64,000 bases of DNA from Vulcanimicrobiota bacterium (GTDB taxonomy: Bacteria > Vulcanimicrobiota > Vulcanimicrobiia > Vulcanimicrobiales > Vulcanimicrobiaceae): contig OY970223.1 in assembly GCA_963714015.1 (NCBI GenBank), forward strand, positions 1,952,001-2,016,000. The letters are read 5' to 3'. Position 1 is the stretch's first letter. The number at the start of each line of letters is the position of its first letter. Position numbers and translations under genes: made by a program. Under the pieces are notes generated by a model. That model was not told where the DNA came from. It was given only the letters and a program-made list of their open reading frames with translations, and did not search any database. Positions 19,629 through 30,469 of this stretch are shown here, piece after piece.

Positions 19629-19704
19629 CGCATGACGCCCACTCGTAGATGGCGAGCACCGAGGGCGAGTGCGCTTGTGATGTTGCGATTGGAGGCTGCC
19701 CAGC

Positions 19705-19974
19705 ATGCAATTCGGTGATGCAATAAGCCTCGGGCGGGACGCGATCTTCGTCTGCTTCATGGTCGCCGCGCCGGTGCTGCTGATCTCCATGGTAATCGGC
19801 CTGGCGATCTCGATCTTCCAAGCCGTTACGCAGATTCAAGAGCCGACGTTGACGTTTATTCCCAAGATCATCGGGTCGTCGCTTGCGATTCTGTTCTTCG
19901 GTCCGTTCATGCTTGCGATCCTCACGGACTTTCTGAGCCGGATACTGCTGCACGTCAAAGACTACGTACATTAG
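19705..19974 (+). CDS. fliQ: Flagellar export gate protein FliQ
   Basis: FQAVTQIQEPTLTFIPK; SD GGAGG. Confidence 0.96.
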   Translation: MQFGDAISLGRDAIFVCFMVAAPVLLISMVIGLAISIFQAVTQIQEPTLTFIPKIIGSSLAILFFGPFMLAILTDFLSRILLHVKDYVH

Positions 19975-20756
19975 TGCTCGACCTCTTCAACATCCACCAG
20001 GGCCAGTTCGAGACGTTTCTGCTGATCTGGCTGCGGACGTCGACGATGCTGTACGTCTTCCCGGTGTTCCAGGCCCAGCAGATCCCGACGTTGGTGCGCA
20101 TCGGCCTGGGGATGCTCGTCTCGTTCGTGCTGTTTCATGCCGTGCCGACGATGCATCCGCTGCCGGATCTGGGCGCTCTGGTCGTTGCGGCCGTCAGTCA
20201 GGTCGTGCTTGGCCTCATCGTGGGATTCGTCGCGTATCTGGTGTTCATGGGCATCCAGTACGCGGGCGAAATACTCGATACGCAGATCGGCTTTGCCATC
20301 GCCAACGTCATCAATCCCGCGACGCAGCAGCAAGTCAGCGTCATCGGTGAACTCGAGCTGACGCTCGCGACGCTTCTCTTCCTTATCACGAACTCGCACT
20401 TGCTGTTTTTGGAGGGCATCGGCGGGTCGTTCCATCTGGTGCCGCTTCCGTATATCAACATGGACCCCGTCCTCGTCGGCGGCGTCGTTTCGATCATGCA
20501 GCAAGCGTTTCTGGTCATTCTCAAGATTGCGGCGCCCCCTGCCGTCGCGCTGTTCATGGTGAACATCGGCCTGGGTCTGATGTCCAAGGTTGCCCCGCAG
20601 ATGAACGTCTTCGTCGTAGGTTTCCCGCTGCAAATCGGCGTCGGTCTGATGATGATGGCCGTCAGCGTTCCGCTGCTGGGCTATGTAGCGCCGCAGTTAT
20701 TCAATCAGACCGCGCACCAAATGGACGCCGTGATGCGCGCTCTCGCGGTTCATTAG
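19974..20756 (+). CDS. fliR: Flagellar export gate protein FliR
   Basis: AGEILDTQIGF, KVAPQMNVFVVGFPL. Confidence 0.94.
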   Translation: MLDLFNIHQGQFETFLLIWLRTSTMLYVFPVFQAQQIPTLVRIGLGMLVSFVLFHAVPTMHPLPDLGALVVAAVSQVVLGLIVGFVAYLVFMGIQYAGEILDTQIGFAIANVINPATQQQVSVIGELELTLATLLFLITNSHLLFLEGIGGSFHLVPLPYINMDPVLVGGVVSIMQQAFLVILKIAAPPAVALFMVNIGLGLMSKVAPQMNVFVVGFPLQIGVGLMMMAVSVPLLGYVAPQLFNQTAHQMDAVMRALAVH

Positions 20757-20810
20757 GCGAGAATTTCTCCGATTGGCGGACTGAAAAAGCCCTAGCGCGA
20801 AGCTTCCGCC

Positions 20811-23606
20811 ATGACGACTCGGACCCAAGCCGAGGCGCTGTCGCGGTCTCGCCCTAGCGGCACCGTCACCTTTCTGTTTTCGGATATCGAGGGCAGCACC
20901 GCGCGCTGGGATGCCGACCGCATCGCAATGGCATCGGCGTTGTCTCGCCACGATTCACTAATGCGCGCGGCGCTCGACGCTCACGGCGGCTACGTCTTCA
21001 AAACGATGGGCGACGCTTTCTGCGCGGCTTTCCGCACAGCTTCGGATGCTGCTGACGCGGCACTGGAGGCGCAGCGGGCTCTTCGGTTCGAGGATTTCTC
21101 CGCGGTCCATGGGCTGCGCGTGCGCATGGCGTTACATAGCGGGACGGCGGAAGAACGCGATAGCGATTATTTCGGCCCGGAGGTTAATCGCATCGCGCGG
21201 TTGCTCGCGATTGGACACGGAGGGCAAATCCTCGTGTCGGCAGCGGCCGTGGATCTTTTGCGCGATGCGATGCCCTCGCAAGCGAGTTTGCTCGACTTGG
21301 GCGCGCATCGGCTGAAGGACCTTACGCGTCCCGAGCAAGTGTTTCAACTCGCCGCGCCGGATCTCTCTGCGGAATTTCCGCCGCTGCGATCGCTCGAGCA
21401 TTTGACGAACAATTTGCCGGCGCAGCTTACAACGTTCGTCGGACGCGATCGCGAGATCTCGGAGATCGTCGCGCTCCTCGCGGAGCACCGGCTGGTTACG
21501 TTAACCGGTGCCGGAGGTGCAGGCAAGACGCGATGTGCGATCCGGATCGGCGCCGATCTGCTGAACGGCTGGAAGGACGGAATCTGGCTCGCGGAGCTGG
21601 CACCGCTAGCGGATTCGGCACAAGTCGCAAACGCGATCGCCCAAGTTTTGCACGTGCAAGAGCAGCCGAACAGCGCGTTGCTCGACACCATTGTCGCTTA
21701 CCTCAAGCACAAACGTTTGCTGCTGCTTCTCGACAATTGCGAGCACCTGATCGAGCAAGCGCGACGCGCAGCGTCCGCCATTTTGCGCGATTGCCCAGGC
21801 GTACGCATTTTAGCAACGAGCCGCGAGCCTTTGAATATCTCCGGTGAGGCGGCGTATCGCATGCCCTCGCTGGCCGTTCCGCCCAACGCAGAGATGCTCG
21901 TGAAAGAGGGAACATCCGCTTATGGATCGGCGCAGCTCTTTCTCGATCGCGCGCTTCTGAGCAGCAGCCGGTTTACACTGTCGGATGAGAATGCGTCGTC
22001 CGTTGTGGAGTTGTGCCGCAGGCTCGATGGAATTCCGCTCGCAATCGAGCTCGCTGCTGCTCGTGTAAAAATTCTCTCGCCGCAGCAGCTCGTGCAGAAA
22101 CTCGACGAACGCTTTCGCGTCCTGACCGGGGGCGATCGCCGCGCGCTGCCGCGTCATCAGACCATGCGTGCACTGATCGACTGGAGTTACGACCTGCTCT
22201 CGCCCGAAGAGCGCGCGTTCTTCAGGAAACTCTCTATCTTTGCGGGAGGATTTACGCTCGAGAGCGCGGCCGCGGCCAATGCGAGTGCGGACGAGATCGA
22301 CGTGCTCGATCTGCTTTCTTCACTCGTCGACAAGTCGCTCGTGCAGGCGGAACTTACGGAGAGCGGCACGCGCTACGGCTTTATGGAATCCACGCGCCAG
22401 TACGCGCGCGAGCGCCTAAGAGAATGCGGGGAGGAGCAAGACGCCGCGCGCGGCCACGCTTTTGCCTTCGGCAAAGCAGCCTCGCAAATCGATAACATGT
22501 GGGAAACTCTGCCGGATAGCGAGTGGCTTGCGCGCGTCGGGCCGGAGATGGAGAACTACCGCGCAGCACTGCATTGGGCGTTCGGCGCACAGGGTGACGT
22601 TACGCTCGGGCAACGGTTGTCCGCGGCTCTGCGAAAGGCGTGGATATCGTTCGGCGTGACGGAAGGACGGCGGTGGCTGAAGACCGCTCGGGAACGTTCC
22701 GGCACGGAGACGCCGGCGGAGGTCGTTGCCGCACTGGATCTGTCCGAGGCAAGCCTGGCTTCCGGGTTCCATCAATTCGAAACGACGCTCACCTGCGGCG
22801 AGCGCGGCTTGGAAACCTACCGCGAACTTGGCGATCCGCAGGGCCTTGCGCTGGCGAAGGAAATCGTCGGAGACGCGCTCGTAACGGTTGGGAAAATTGA
22901 AGAAGGCACAGTACTGCTGCAAGAGGCTCTCGCCGAACGCCGTGCGCTCGGAGCTCGCAAATCAGTCGCGGGCCTGCTCGTCCTCGTTGCGCAAGCGCGC
23001 TGGTTCGCCGGCGACACGCCTGAAGCACGCAAGCTCTTCGCTGAGGCCTTGACGGCTGCGCGCGCTGCCGGCGGCAAACGTCTGTCGGCAATCATCGCGA
23101 GCAACTTTGCCGAATGCGAATTTGACGCCGGCGACGGCGTGGCGGCCGTGCGGCTGGTACGGGAGGCGGCAACTATACTTCGCGAAATCAACGACGCGCA
23201 ATTGCTTCCCTTTGCGCTCACGAACGAGGCTGGATATCTGCTTGCGCTGCAGCGCTATGACGAAGCCCGCTCGAGCGCAATAGAAGCGCTGGCCTTCGCG
23301 CGCGATTTGCAGTATGCCGTGCCGCGGCTGCTTGCGCTGCAGCGGCTCGCCGCCGTCGCAGCGTTGCGGCCGGACGACAACGCGCAAGCGCTCGAGAACA
23401 TGCGCTGCGGTGCCCGCTTGTTCGGTTATGTCAACGCGGGCTTTGCGCGGCTCGAAGAATCGCCCGACGAAACCGAGCGCATGCAGAACGACTCGGCCGT
23501 CCCCGTACTGCGCGACGCATTGGGAACCGAAGAGGTCGCGAACCTCATGCACGAGGGCAGCTTCTGGACGGAAGATCGGGCGCTCGCGGAAGCGATGCAG
23601 ATCTAA
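20811..23606 (+). CDS. Class III adenylate/guanylate cyclase - STAND ATPase - TPR protein (paralog of 4271..7003)
   Basis: PSGTVTFLFSDIEGST, FKTMGDAF, NRIAR, GAGGAGKT, LLDNCEH, LDGIPLAIELAAAR, RHQTMRALIDWSY. Confidence 0.9.
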   Translation: MTTRTQAEALSRSRPSGTVTFLFSDIEGSTARWDADRIAMASALSRHDSLMRAALDAHGGYVFKTMGDAFCAAFRTASDAADAALEAQRALRFEDFSAVHGLRVRMALHSGTAEERDSDYFGPEVNRIARLLAIGHGGQILVSAAAVDLLRDAMPSQASLLDLGAHRLKDLTRPEQVFQLAAPDLSAEFPPLRSLEHLTNNLPAQLTTFVGRDREISEIVALLAEHRLVTLTGAGGAGKTRCAIRIGADLLNGWKDGIWLAELAPLADSAQVANAIAQVLHVQEQPNSALLDTIVAYLKHKRLLLLLDNCEHLIEQARRAASAILRDCPGVRILATSREPLNISGEAAYRMPSLAVPPNAEMLVKEGTSAYGSAQLFLDRALLSSSRFTLSDENASSVVELCRRLDGIPLAIELAAARVKILSPQQLVQKLDERFRVLTGGDRRALPRHQTMRALIDWSYDLLSPEERAFFRKLSIFAGGFTLESAAAANASADEIDVLDLLSSLVDKSLVQAELTESGTRYGFMESTRQYARERLRECGEEQDAARGHAFAFGKAASQIDNMWETLPDSEWLARVGPEMENYRAALHWAFGAQGDVTLGQRLSAALRKAWISFGVTEGRRWLKTARERSGTETPAEVVAALDLSEASLASGFHQFETTLTCGERGLETYRELGDPQGLALAKEIVGDALVTVGKIEEGTVLLQEALAERRALGARKSVAGLLVLVAQARWFAGDTPEARKLFAEALTAARAAGGKRLSAIIASNFAECEFDAGDGVAAVRLVREAATILREINDAQLLPFALTNEAGYLLALQRYDEARSSAIEALAFARDLQYAVPRLLALQRLAAVAALRPDDNAQALENMRCGARLFGYVNAGFARLEESPDETERMQNDSAVPVLRDALGTEEVANLMHEGSFWTEDRALAEAMQI

Positions 23607-23611
23607 CGAGT

Positions 23612-24924
23612 TCAGCGGCTGTCGAACCGCCCCGCATAAATGACGCCGGCTTGCTCGGCTGCCGAATTTTCACACTGCATCGCGACGAAGTTTCCCGACC
23701 TCAAGACGCGGAAAAGCGATCCGCAGTGCGCCGGATAACGTTGTGCCTTGTCCGTGAGAAGGTCGAGAACTTGGATCGTCGCGCCGTCGCTTACCGCTAT
23801 CGTGTCGTCCGTTTGCACGAGCGCCGGTTCGTTCAGGGACGGGTCGTACTCGTACGCCATAACGCGCCGCCGAATCGCCCGATCGCCTTGAAGGCGAGTA
23901 GCATAAAGTCCATCGCCGGTCTGGGTATACAGCTCTCCGCGGCGGAAAGCCATCAATGTCCCGGCACCTTGAACGCGCACAGGCAACTGCAAGAACGGAG
24001 CAGTATCGAGGTTGTAACGGTAAATTGAATCGCCCGTTTGAAACGCAACCTCGCTGCCGTCGACGATCGGATTTGCTATTCCCGTATCGGGACCGTACAG
24101 TGCCGAATCGGGCCGGTACGCCCAGTCTTTTTGAATTTGACCGGTTTGTGAACTTAGCCAATGGATGCGCGTGAGCGCGTAACCGTCTTCATCTATGGTC
24201 GCTGAACTGGCCGACGCATGCACGAGTACCGCTTTGCCGCGGATTCCAAGAATGCGCGCAATACCTGCAGGCTTTCCGGGATCATCGCCCGTGTGGGCGT
24301 TACCGGATGCGGCGTCGATGACCACTATCGACTCTTGAATCGGTTCACCTTCAGCAACTGAAACAAAAACAGACGCAGGGGCGACGAGCTGGTTAGCTCG
24401 TCCGGTTTGTGCCTGCCAAAGAATTTTGCCCGTACGAGGGTTCAGGCGCGTTACATTCTCTCCCCGAACGAACAGCATGCCGCGGATCTCCGAGAGTGCA
24501 GATTTCCGGGGTCCGAAACGCTACTTCGCCAGAGCAGCGTGCCCGATCTCTTGGCGAGCGCGAAGACCGTGCGATTCGGACCGATTGCGTAAACTCGATC
24601 TTGGTCCACAATCACGTCACCGAACGTCGTTGCGCCGGCAGTTTGCCAGCCGTCGCGTCGAGTGACCACATTTCGCTCTGCGACCTGGCCGCCGGCAGAA
24701 ACGGCGTAAAGCAGGTTTTGGTCCAGCGCCGGCGTGCTATCCGGTGAAACGGATGATATCGTGTCGAGCACTTGCCTGAGCGGCGGCGATGACGGCGGTG
24801 CGTCTTTTACTAGGACCGTAATGGAATGCTCGGTCCGGTAGCCGCCGGGCACGGCGCCGGACTTCGGCGCGAATCCCGCGGCAAAAAGTCCCGCTATTAG
24901 AGAAAGCGCCGCGACCTTGCGCAT
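23612..24924 (-). CDS. Secreted PQQ/BamB-like beta-propeller repeat protein (frameshift near 24480-24500)
   Basis: Signal peptide MRKVAALSLIAGLFAAG; repeats VFALAKRSGTLLW, LNPRTGKILW, IDAASG; split across ORFs 24451..25248 and 23612..24478. Confidence 0.65.
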
Positions 24925-24935
24925 CCGGTGCGGAT

Positions 24936-25958
24936 CTAAAAGTAGGTGAACTGCCCGATCTTGTTGGCCGCTTGCTCGACGAAGTAAATCTTGTCGTCCG
25001 CTCCCAGGACCATGTTCGCGGGCGAAGATTTGGCGGTCGGAATTTTGTATTCGGCGACCTTCAAGGTGGTCAGATTGAACGAACCGATCGCGTTGTTCAC
25101 GGGGTCGGTGAAATAGAGATTGTTGTCGATGCCCACCGTCAGTCCCAGAGCGCTGCCGGCTCCGCTGAGCGGATATTCCGTGAGCGATTGGGTGCTTGGC
25201 ACGAGCCGGCCCAACTTTGGTGCGGCGGGGTTGTCCTCGGTGAACCAAAGCGCGTCGTCCGGTCCGAGCACGATCGTCGTGGGGTAGGCTGAGCCGGCGG
25301 GCAGCGGCACTTCCAAATCGACGGCGCTCGTCAGCGGGTTGAACCGGCCGATCTTAGCGGCACTGCGCTCGGTGAACCAGACGTCGTTGTCGGGCGCCGC
25401 CACTAAGCTGGACGGCCCCGCGTTGGCCGTCGGGATGGCATACGGCCCGGCCGCGACCTCGACGGTGGTGCTGATCGTTCCGATGGCGTTTAGCCCCGGC
25501 TCGGTCAGGTACAGGGTGGAACCCGGGCCCGGCGCAATCGCGGTCGGCGCCGCGCCGGCGGGAAGCCCGAACTCGGTGGAGGCGCCCGAAACCAGCGTGG
25601 CGACCTTATCGCCGGCAGTCTCGACGTACCAAATGTCGCCGTCAGCGCCCGTGGTGATACCGGTGGGCTGGGCGGCCGACGTCTTTGGCAGGTAGCGATT
25701 GAACGTGTTGGCCGCGACGTTGTAGGCGGTAATGGCCCCGGCCGTCTGGTCGGTGATATAAAGAAGGCCGTCGGTGCCGAGGGTGATACCGACGGGTCCC
25801 GCGTCCGCGACGGTGTTCGGGAACTCGGCGCTGACTCCGGTGGGGTTTGGCGTCGGGGTAGGGGTGGCGCTGCTGCCGATCAGCTGCCCATGACCGCACG
25901 CAGTCAGGCACAATGCCGCGACAACCCCACCTAAACCAAAGCCAACCTTGAGCCGCAT
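24936..25958 (-). CDS. Vgb (virginiamycin B lyase)-like beta-propeller lipoprotein
   Basis: Lipobox LTAC; repeated P.GIT.G.DG.IW.TE...KIG units. Confidence 0.8.
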   Translation of the reverse strand: MRLKVGFGLGGVVAALCLTACGHGQLIGSSATPTPTPNPTGVSAEFPNTVADAGPVGITLGTDGLLYITDQTAGAITAYNVAANTFNRYLPKTSAAQPTGITTGADGDIWYVETAGDKVATLVSGASTEFGLPAGAAPTAIAPGPGSTLYLTEPGLNAIGTISTTVEVAAGPYAIPTANAGPSSLVAAPDNDVWFTERSAAKIGRFNPLTSAVDLEVPLPAGSAYPTTIVLGPDDALWFTEDNPAAPKLGRLVPSTQSLTEYPLSGAGSALGLTVGIDNNLYFTDPVNNAIGSFNLTTLKVAEYKIPTAKSSPANMVLGADDKIYFVEQAANKIGQFTYF

Positions 25959-26092
25959 ACCTCTCCTTTAGAAAAAGGCGCGCCCCGCCGGCACGCGCGC
26001 AGTCCGCGGTATTCGTCGCCCCGGGGGAGGGTCCCGCCGGTGTTAGACGGGGTTAGGCGGCCTTGCTCGGGGTTAAGACTCCGTGCATTGCT

Positions 26093-26119
26093 GTAACACT
26101 TAACGTAAGCGGCCGATGA
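26093..26119 (+). promoter_or_regulatory. sigma28-like promoter candidate upstream of flhB
   Basis: GTAAC...GCCGATGA with the same spacing as the motA candidate. Confidence 0.45.
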
Positions 26120-26149
26120 TAGGTCTAGACGCCTGAAGGGGCGTTTCTT

Positions 26150-27214
26150 ATGCCTAGACCGGAGCAAACCGAAAGAGCCACTCCGAAGCGCCGGGAAGAG
26201 GCGCGAAAGCGTGGCCAGATTGCGAAGAGCCAGGATCTCGCCGGAGCAGCGGTCTTTCTTGCGGGTGTCTTTGTGCTGCACGCAGTCGCGGGCATCACGT
26301 TCCGCAACGTCTCGACAGCCATGGAAGCCGTGCTCTGGAGCACTCACCAGCAACAGGATTTGACCGTTCGATCCGTCTGGATGGTCTTTGCGCGCGCCTT
26401 CGGCGCCATATCGCTTGCGATGATCGCGCTCTTCGGCGCCGCCATCGTATCGGCGATAGGAACGAACGTGCTGCAGACCGGCTTTTTGATAACGCTCCAG
26501 CCGCTGAGCCCCAGCTTCGCCAAGATCAATCCGGCCCACGGCTTGCAGCGGCTGTTTTCCAAGACGGTGCTGGTGAATCTCGGTAAACAGCTGCTCAAGC
26601 TGGGCGCCGTGATGGTGATTCTTTACACGAGCGTGATGGCCAATATCAACACGCTCTTTATGTTGGGCCAGATGTCTGCCAGCCAGATCGTCGGCTTCAC
26701 CGGCGATTTGATCTTTTCGATCGGTTGGAAATTCGGGTTCTTGCTCGTCGTGGTTGCGCTCATCGACTACGCCTACGAACGCTGGCAGTACGAAGAGAAC
26801 CTCAAGATGAGCAAACAAGAACTCAAGGACGAATACCGGCAGAGCGAAGGGAACCCTGAGATCAAAGGCGCGGTCAAACGGCGTCAGCGCGAATTCGCCC
26901 GCCGCCGGATGATGGCGGCCGTTCCCCGTGCCACGGTCGTCGTCACGAACCCCACGCACTTCGCCATCGCCCTGGAATGGGACGAATCCAAGATGGACGC
27001 GCCGGTCGTCACGGCCAAAGGCGCCGACTTGGTAGCCAAACGCATTCGCGAGATCGCCAAGGAACATGGCGTCCCGATTATGGAGAATCCGCCGCTCGCG
27101 CGCACACTTTACGCTAAAGTCGAACTCGATCAAGCGATTCCGCCGAATATGTACGCGGCAGTCGCGCAGGTGATCGCGTTCGTCTTCAAACTCAAACGGA
27201 AGACGATAGCATAG
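26150..27214 (+). CDS. flhB: Flagellar export protein FlhB
   Basis: [28 protein letters not shown] autocleavage site, [10 protein letters not shown]. Confidence 0.96.
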   Translation: MPRPEQTERATPKRREEARKRGQIAKSQDLAGAAVFLAGVFVLHAVAGITFRNVSTAMEAVLWSTHQQQDLTVRSVWMVFARAFGAISLAMIALFGAAIVSAIGTNVLQTGFLITLQPLSPSFAKINPAHGLQRLFSKTVLVNLGKQLLKLGAVMVILYTSVMANINTLFMLGQMSASQIVGFTGDLIFSIGWKFGFLLVVVALIDYAYERWQYEENLKMSKQELKDEYRQSEGNPEIKGAVKRRQREFARRRMMAAVPRATVVVTNPTHFAIALEWDESKMDAPVVTAKGADLVAKRIREIAKEHGVPIMENPPLARTLYAKVELDQAIPPNMYAAVAQVIAFVFKLKRKTIA

Positions 27215-29353
27215 TGGCAACCGCTCAGATCGCCCGGACCTCCGGCAGTATCGCCCAGCGCATGAGCGCAACGGCCCCGGTATTCGTTGCCGGCGCATCG
27301 GTCATGCTGGTCATGCTGATGATCGTGCCGATCCCTTCGGTACTGCTCGACTTCCTGTTGTCGATGAACATCATGGTGGCGCTGCTGATCATCGGCGTCT
27401 CGCTCTACGCGGAGAATGCGCTGGCCTTCAGCGTCTTCCCCACGCTGCTGCTTATCGTGACGCTCTTCCGGCTCTCGCTGAACATCACGGCGACACGGCA
27501 GATTTTGCTGCATGGCTATGCCGGCGAGGTCATCAACTTCTTCGGGCAGATCGTCATCGGCGGCAATTACGCGGTCGGCTTCGTCATCTTCTTGATTTTG
27601 ATCGTCATTCAGTTCGTCGTCATCACGAACGGTGCGGGCCGCGTCGCCGAAGTTGCGGCTCGCTTTACCCTGGACGCCATGCCCGGCAAGCAGCTCGGCC
27701 ATCGATGCGGATCTCAACGCCGGTCTCATCACCGAGGCCGAAGCCCGCCAGCGCCGGCGGGACATTCAGCGCGCGGCCGACTTCTACGGCGCTATGGACG
27801 GCGCGAGCAAGTTCGTGCGGGGCGACGCCATTGCGGCGCTCATCATCGTCGCGATCAACACCGTCGGCGGCTTCATCGTCGGCGTGGCGCAGGAGCATAT
27901 GACGCTGCTCCAGTCGCTGCAGCACTTCACGCTGCTGACGGTCGGCGAAGGCATCGTCACGCAAGTCCCCGCGCTGCTGATTTCGACGGCGACCGGTATC
28001 GTGGTTACGCGCGCGGCTTCCGAAGGCGATTTCGGCGCGGATCTGACGCGACAGCTCGCCGGTCAACCCAAGGCCATTTTGATCGCGGCGGTCATGACCG
28101 CTCTGTTCGGACTCGCGCGGCTTGCGCCGTGGTTCATGCTGCCGCTCTCGGCCGGACTCTTCATCTATTACTTCCGCACGCGCAACCTCAAACCGGATCA
28201 GCGCACGGGTCAGGCTGCCCTGGCCGGTCAGCAGACTGCCGTCACCGGTGGTTCGGGGACTCCGGCAATCAAACCGGCCGAGTCGGTCGTGCCGCTGCTC
28301 TCGTACGATCCGATGGAACTCGAGATCGGCTTCGGACTCATTCCGCTGGTGGACACGACGCAAGGCGGCGATCTGCTCGAACGCATCACGTTGATCCGCC
28401 GTCACGCTGCGCGCGATTTAGGGATCGTCGTTCCGCCGATTCGCGTTCGCGACAATCTGCAGCTCAAGCCCAGCACCTACGTCGTAAAGATTTACGGTTT
28501 GGAAGTCGCATCGGCAGAAGTCATGGTTAGCCGTCTGCTGGCGATGAACCCCGGCACCGCAATGGCGCCAATCGACGGCATTCCGACGACGGAGCCTGCG
28601 TTCAATCTGCCCGCGCTCTGGATTCCCGAATCCGGAAAGGCGGAAGCGGAAATGGCGGGCTACACGGTCATCGATCCGACGAGCGTCATTGCAACGCACC
28701 TCACCGAGCTCATCAAGAGCCATGCGCCGGATCTGCTTGGGCGGCAAGAGACGTCGGCGCTGCTCGACAACGTCAAATCGCACTACCCCGTCGTCGTGGA
28801 AGAGCTGGTTCCGAATCTCTTGACCGTTGGCGAGGTGCAGCGCGTGCTGCAGAACCTGCTGCGCGAGCGCATACCGATTCGCAATTTGCTGATGATCCTG
28901 GAGAGTTTGGCGGACGCCGCGCGCGTGAGCAAGGACATCGATTTCCTAACCGAGCGCGTGCGTTCGGCGATGGCGCGCCACATCTGCGCGGAATACTCGG
29001 AGGACGGATTGCTCTCCGTCATCACCGTCGATCCGCGTTTGGAAGCGCTGCTCGGCGAAGCGGTTCGCCGCGGCGAGGACGCGTACGCACTGCTCGATCC
29101 GAACACTGTGGCCAAGATTTACACGTCCTTGACCAAACAGATGCAGGCTGCGCAGTCCTCGGGTCTGCATCCCATCGTGCTCTGCTCTCCGTCGGTTCGT
29201 CTTGCGCTCAAACGGCTCACGGAACGTGCCGCACCGCAGCTCGTCGTGCTCTCGTACTCGGAGATCGCGCCGGGGCTGCGCGTCGAGTCGATCGGTCAGG
29301 TCAATACGACCGATGAAACGACCGCGCCCCAGATGGAGCCGGCGGCCAGATGA
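27214..29353 (+). CDS. flhA: Flagellar export protein FlhA (+1 indel near 27695)
   Basis: [16 protein letters not shown] in ORF 27214 continues as AIDADLNAG...[16 protein letters not shown] in ORF 27632. Confidence 0.95.
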
Positions 29354-30018
29354 TCTTCAAGCTCTTCAAGCCCGCGCCGAAGAAGCCGGCCGTTGCCGAA
29401 GAGAAGCTGCCGGTGCTGAACTCGTTCGTCGACGTGACGATCCCCGGGCGAGCCACGCGCTCGGTCCCCATCGAAGGCGTGAGCGGGCGGGAGATCGTCG
29501 TTCGGGACGTCGTCGGCCGAGCGGGGGACCGGGCCTCGTTCGTTTACGAAACTCCGGCCGGGAGGTTTCGCTTCGGCGCCACGCTGATTGCGCTCCGCAA
29601 TGGAATGAGCGTTTTCGGAATGCCGGCGCGTATCGAAACGGTCGCCGGCGGAGCGCAAAAACGCTCCAGCGTTCGCATGGACGTTCTGATAACCGGCGGC
29701 TGGCGCTTTGCGCCCGGCGGAGTGCCCGTCGGCGACTTTTTGCGTGCCAACATCCGCGACATCAGCCGCGGCGGATGTGCGCTCATCATCGATCGCCAGT
29801 GTAAAGTCGGACAGATGCTCGAAGTGCGAGTCAATCTGCGGGGCAATACGCCGCCTCTGACGGTGCTGGCCGAGGTGAAGCGTTCGAAGCAGATTCCGAC
29901 ATCCGGCAAGTTTTCGCACGGTTTACGGTTCCACGGGCTGCGTCCCGACGAAGATCAGACTATCCTGGAATTCATCAATACGAAAACGGCCGAACTGCGG
30001 AACCGAGGTCTAGCGTGA
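29350..30018 (+). CDS. PilZ-domain c-di-GMP effector (YcgR/MotI-like flagellar brake candidate)
   Basis: QKRSSVR (RxxxR) and DISRGG (DxSxxG); coupled to flhA by an ATGA overlap. Confidence 0.8.
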   Translation: MIFKLFKPAPKKPAVAEEKLPVLNSFVDVTIPGRATRSVPIEGVSGREIVVRDVVGRAGDRASFVYETPAGRFRFGATLIALRNGMSVFGMPARIETVAGGAQKRSSVRMDVLITGGWRFAPGGVPVGDFLRANIRDISRGGCALIIDRQCKVGQMLEVRVNLRGNTPPLTVLAEVKRSKQIPTSGKFSHGLRFHGLRPDEDQTILEFINTKTAELRNRGLA

Positions 30019-30106
30019 GCCCGGAGCGCCCGCCGGCTCCTAATGAAAATCGCCCCTCCGGCCGATTCCACACAAGAGACCTTTCTAAGAACTTTGGGAG
30101 CGCGTA

Positions 30107-30469
30107 ATGAGCAAGCGGGTCCTGATCGTCGATGACGCCGTCGTCATGCGAATGATGATCAAAGGGATACTGAGCAAGAACGGATTCGACGTCGTCGGTG
30201 AAGCCCAGAACGGGCTTGAGGCCGTCGACAAGTACAAGGCGCTGAATCCGGATCTCGTCACAATGGACATGGTCATGCCCGAGATGGACGGAATTAGCGC
30301 CGTCCGGCAGATCATCAGTCACGATCCGGGTGCAAAGATCATTATGTGCACCTCGATGGGACAGCAGGCTTTGGTCGTCGAGGCTATTCAAGCCGGCGCC
30401 AAGTCATTCATCACCAAGCCGTTCCAACCGCCGAAAATCCTCGAAACCATCAACAAGGTGCTCGCGTGA
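30107..30469 (+). CDS. cheY: Chemotaxis response regulator CheY (Bacillus/Thermotoga type)
   Basis: VLIVDD, TMDMVMPEMDG, MCTSMGQQ, KPF. Confidence 0.93.
   Translation: MSKRVLIVDDAVVMRMMIKGILSKNGFDVVGEAQNGLEAVDKYKALNPDLVTMDMVMPEMDGISAVRQIISHDPGAKIIMCTSMGQQALVVEAIQAGAKSFITKPFQPPKILETINKVLA

Noticed and set aside
24936..25958. Streptogramin resistance gene (vgb)
   Set aside because: It is a lipoprotein propeller that shares the fold only; catalytic residues were not verified.
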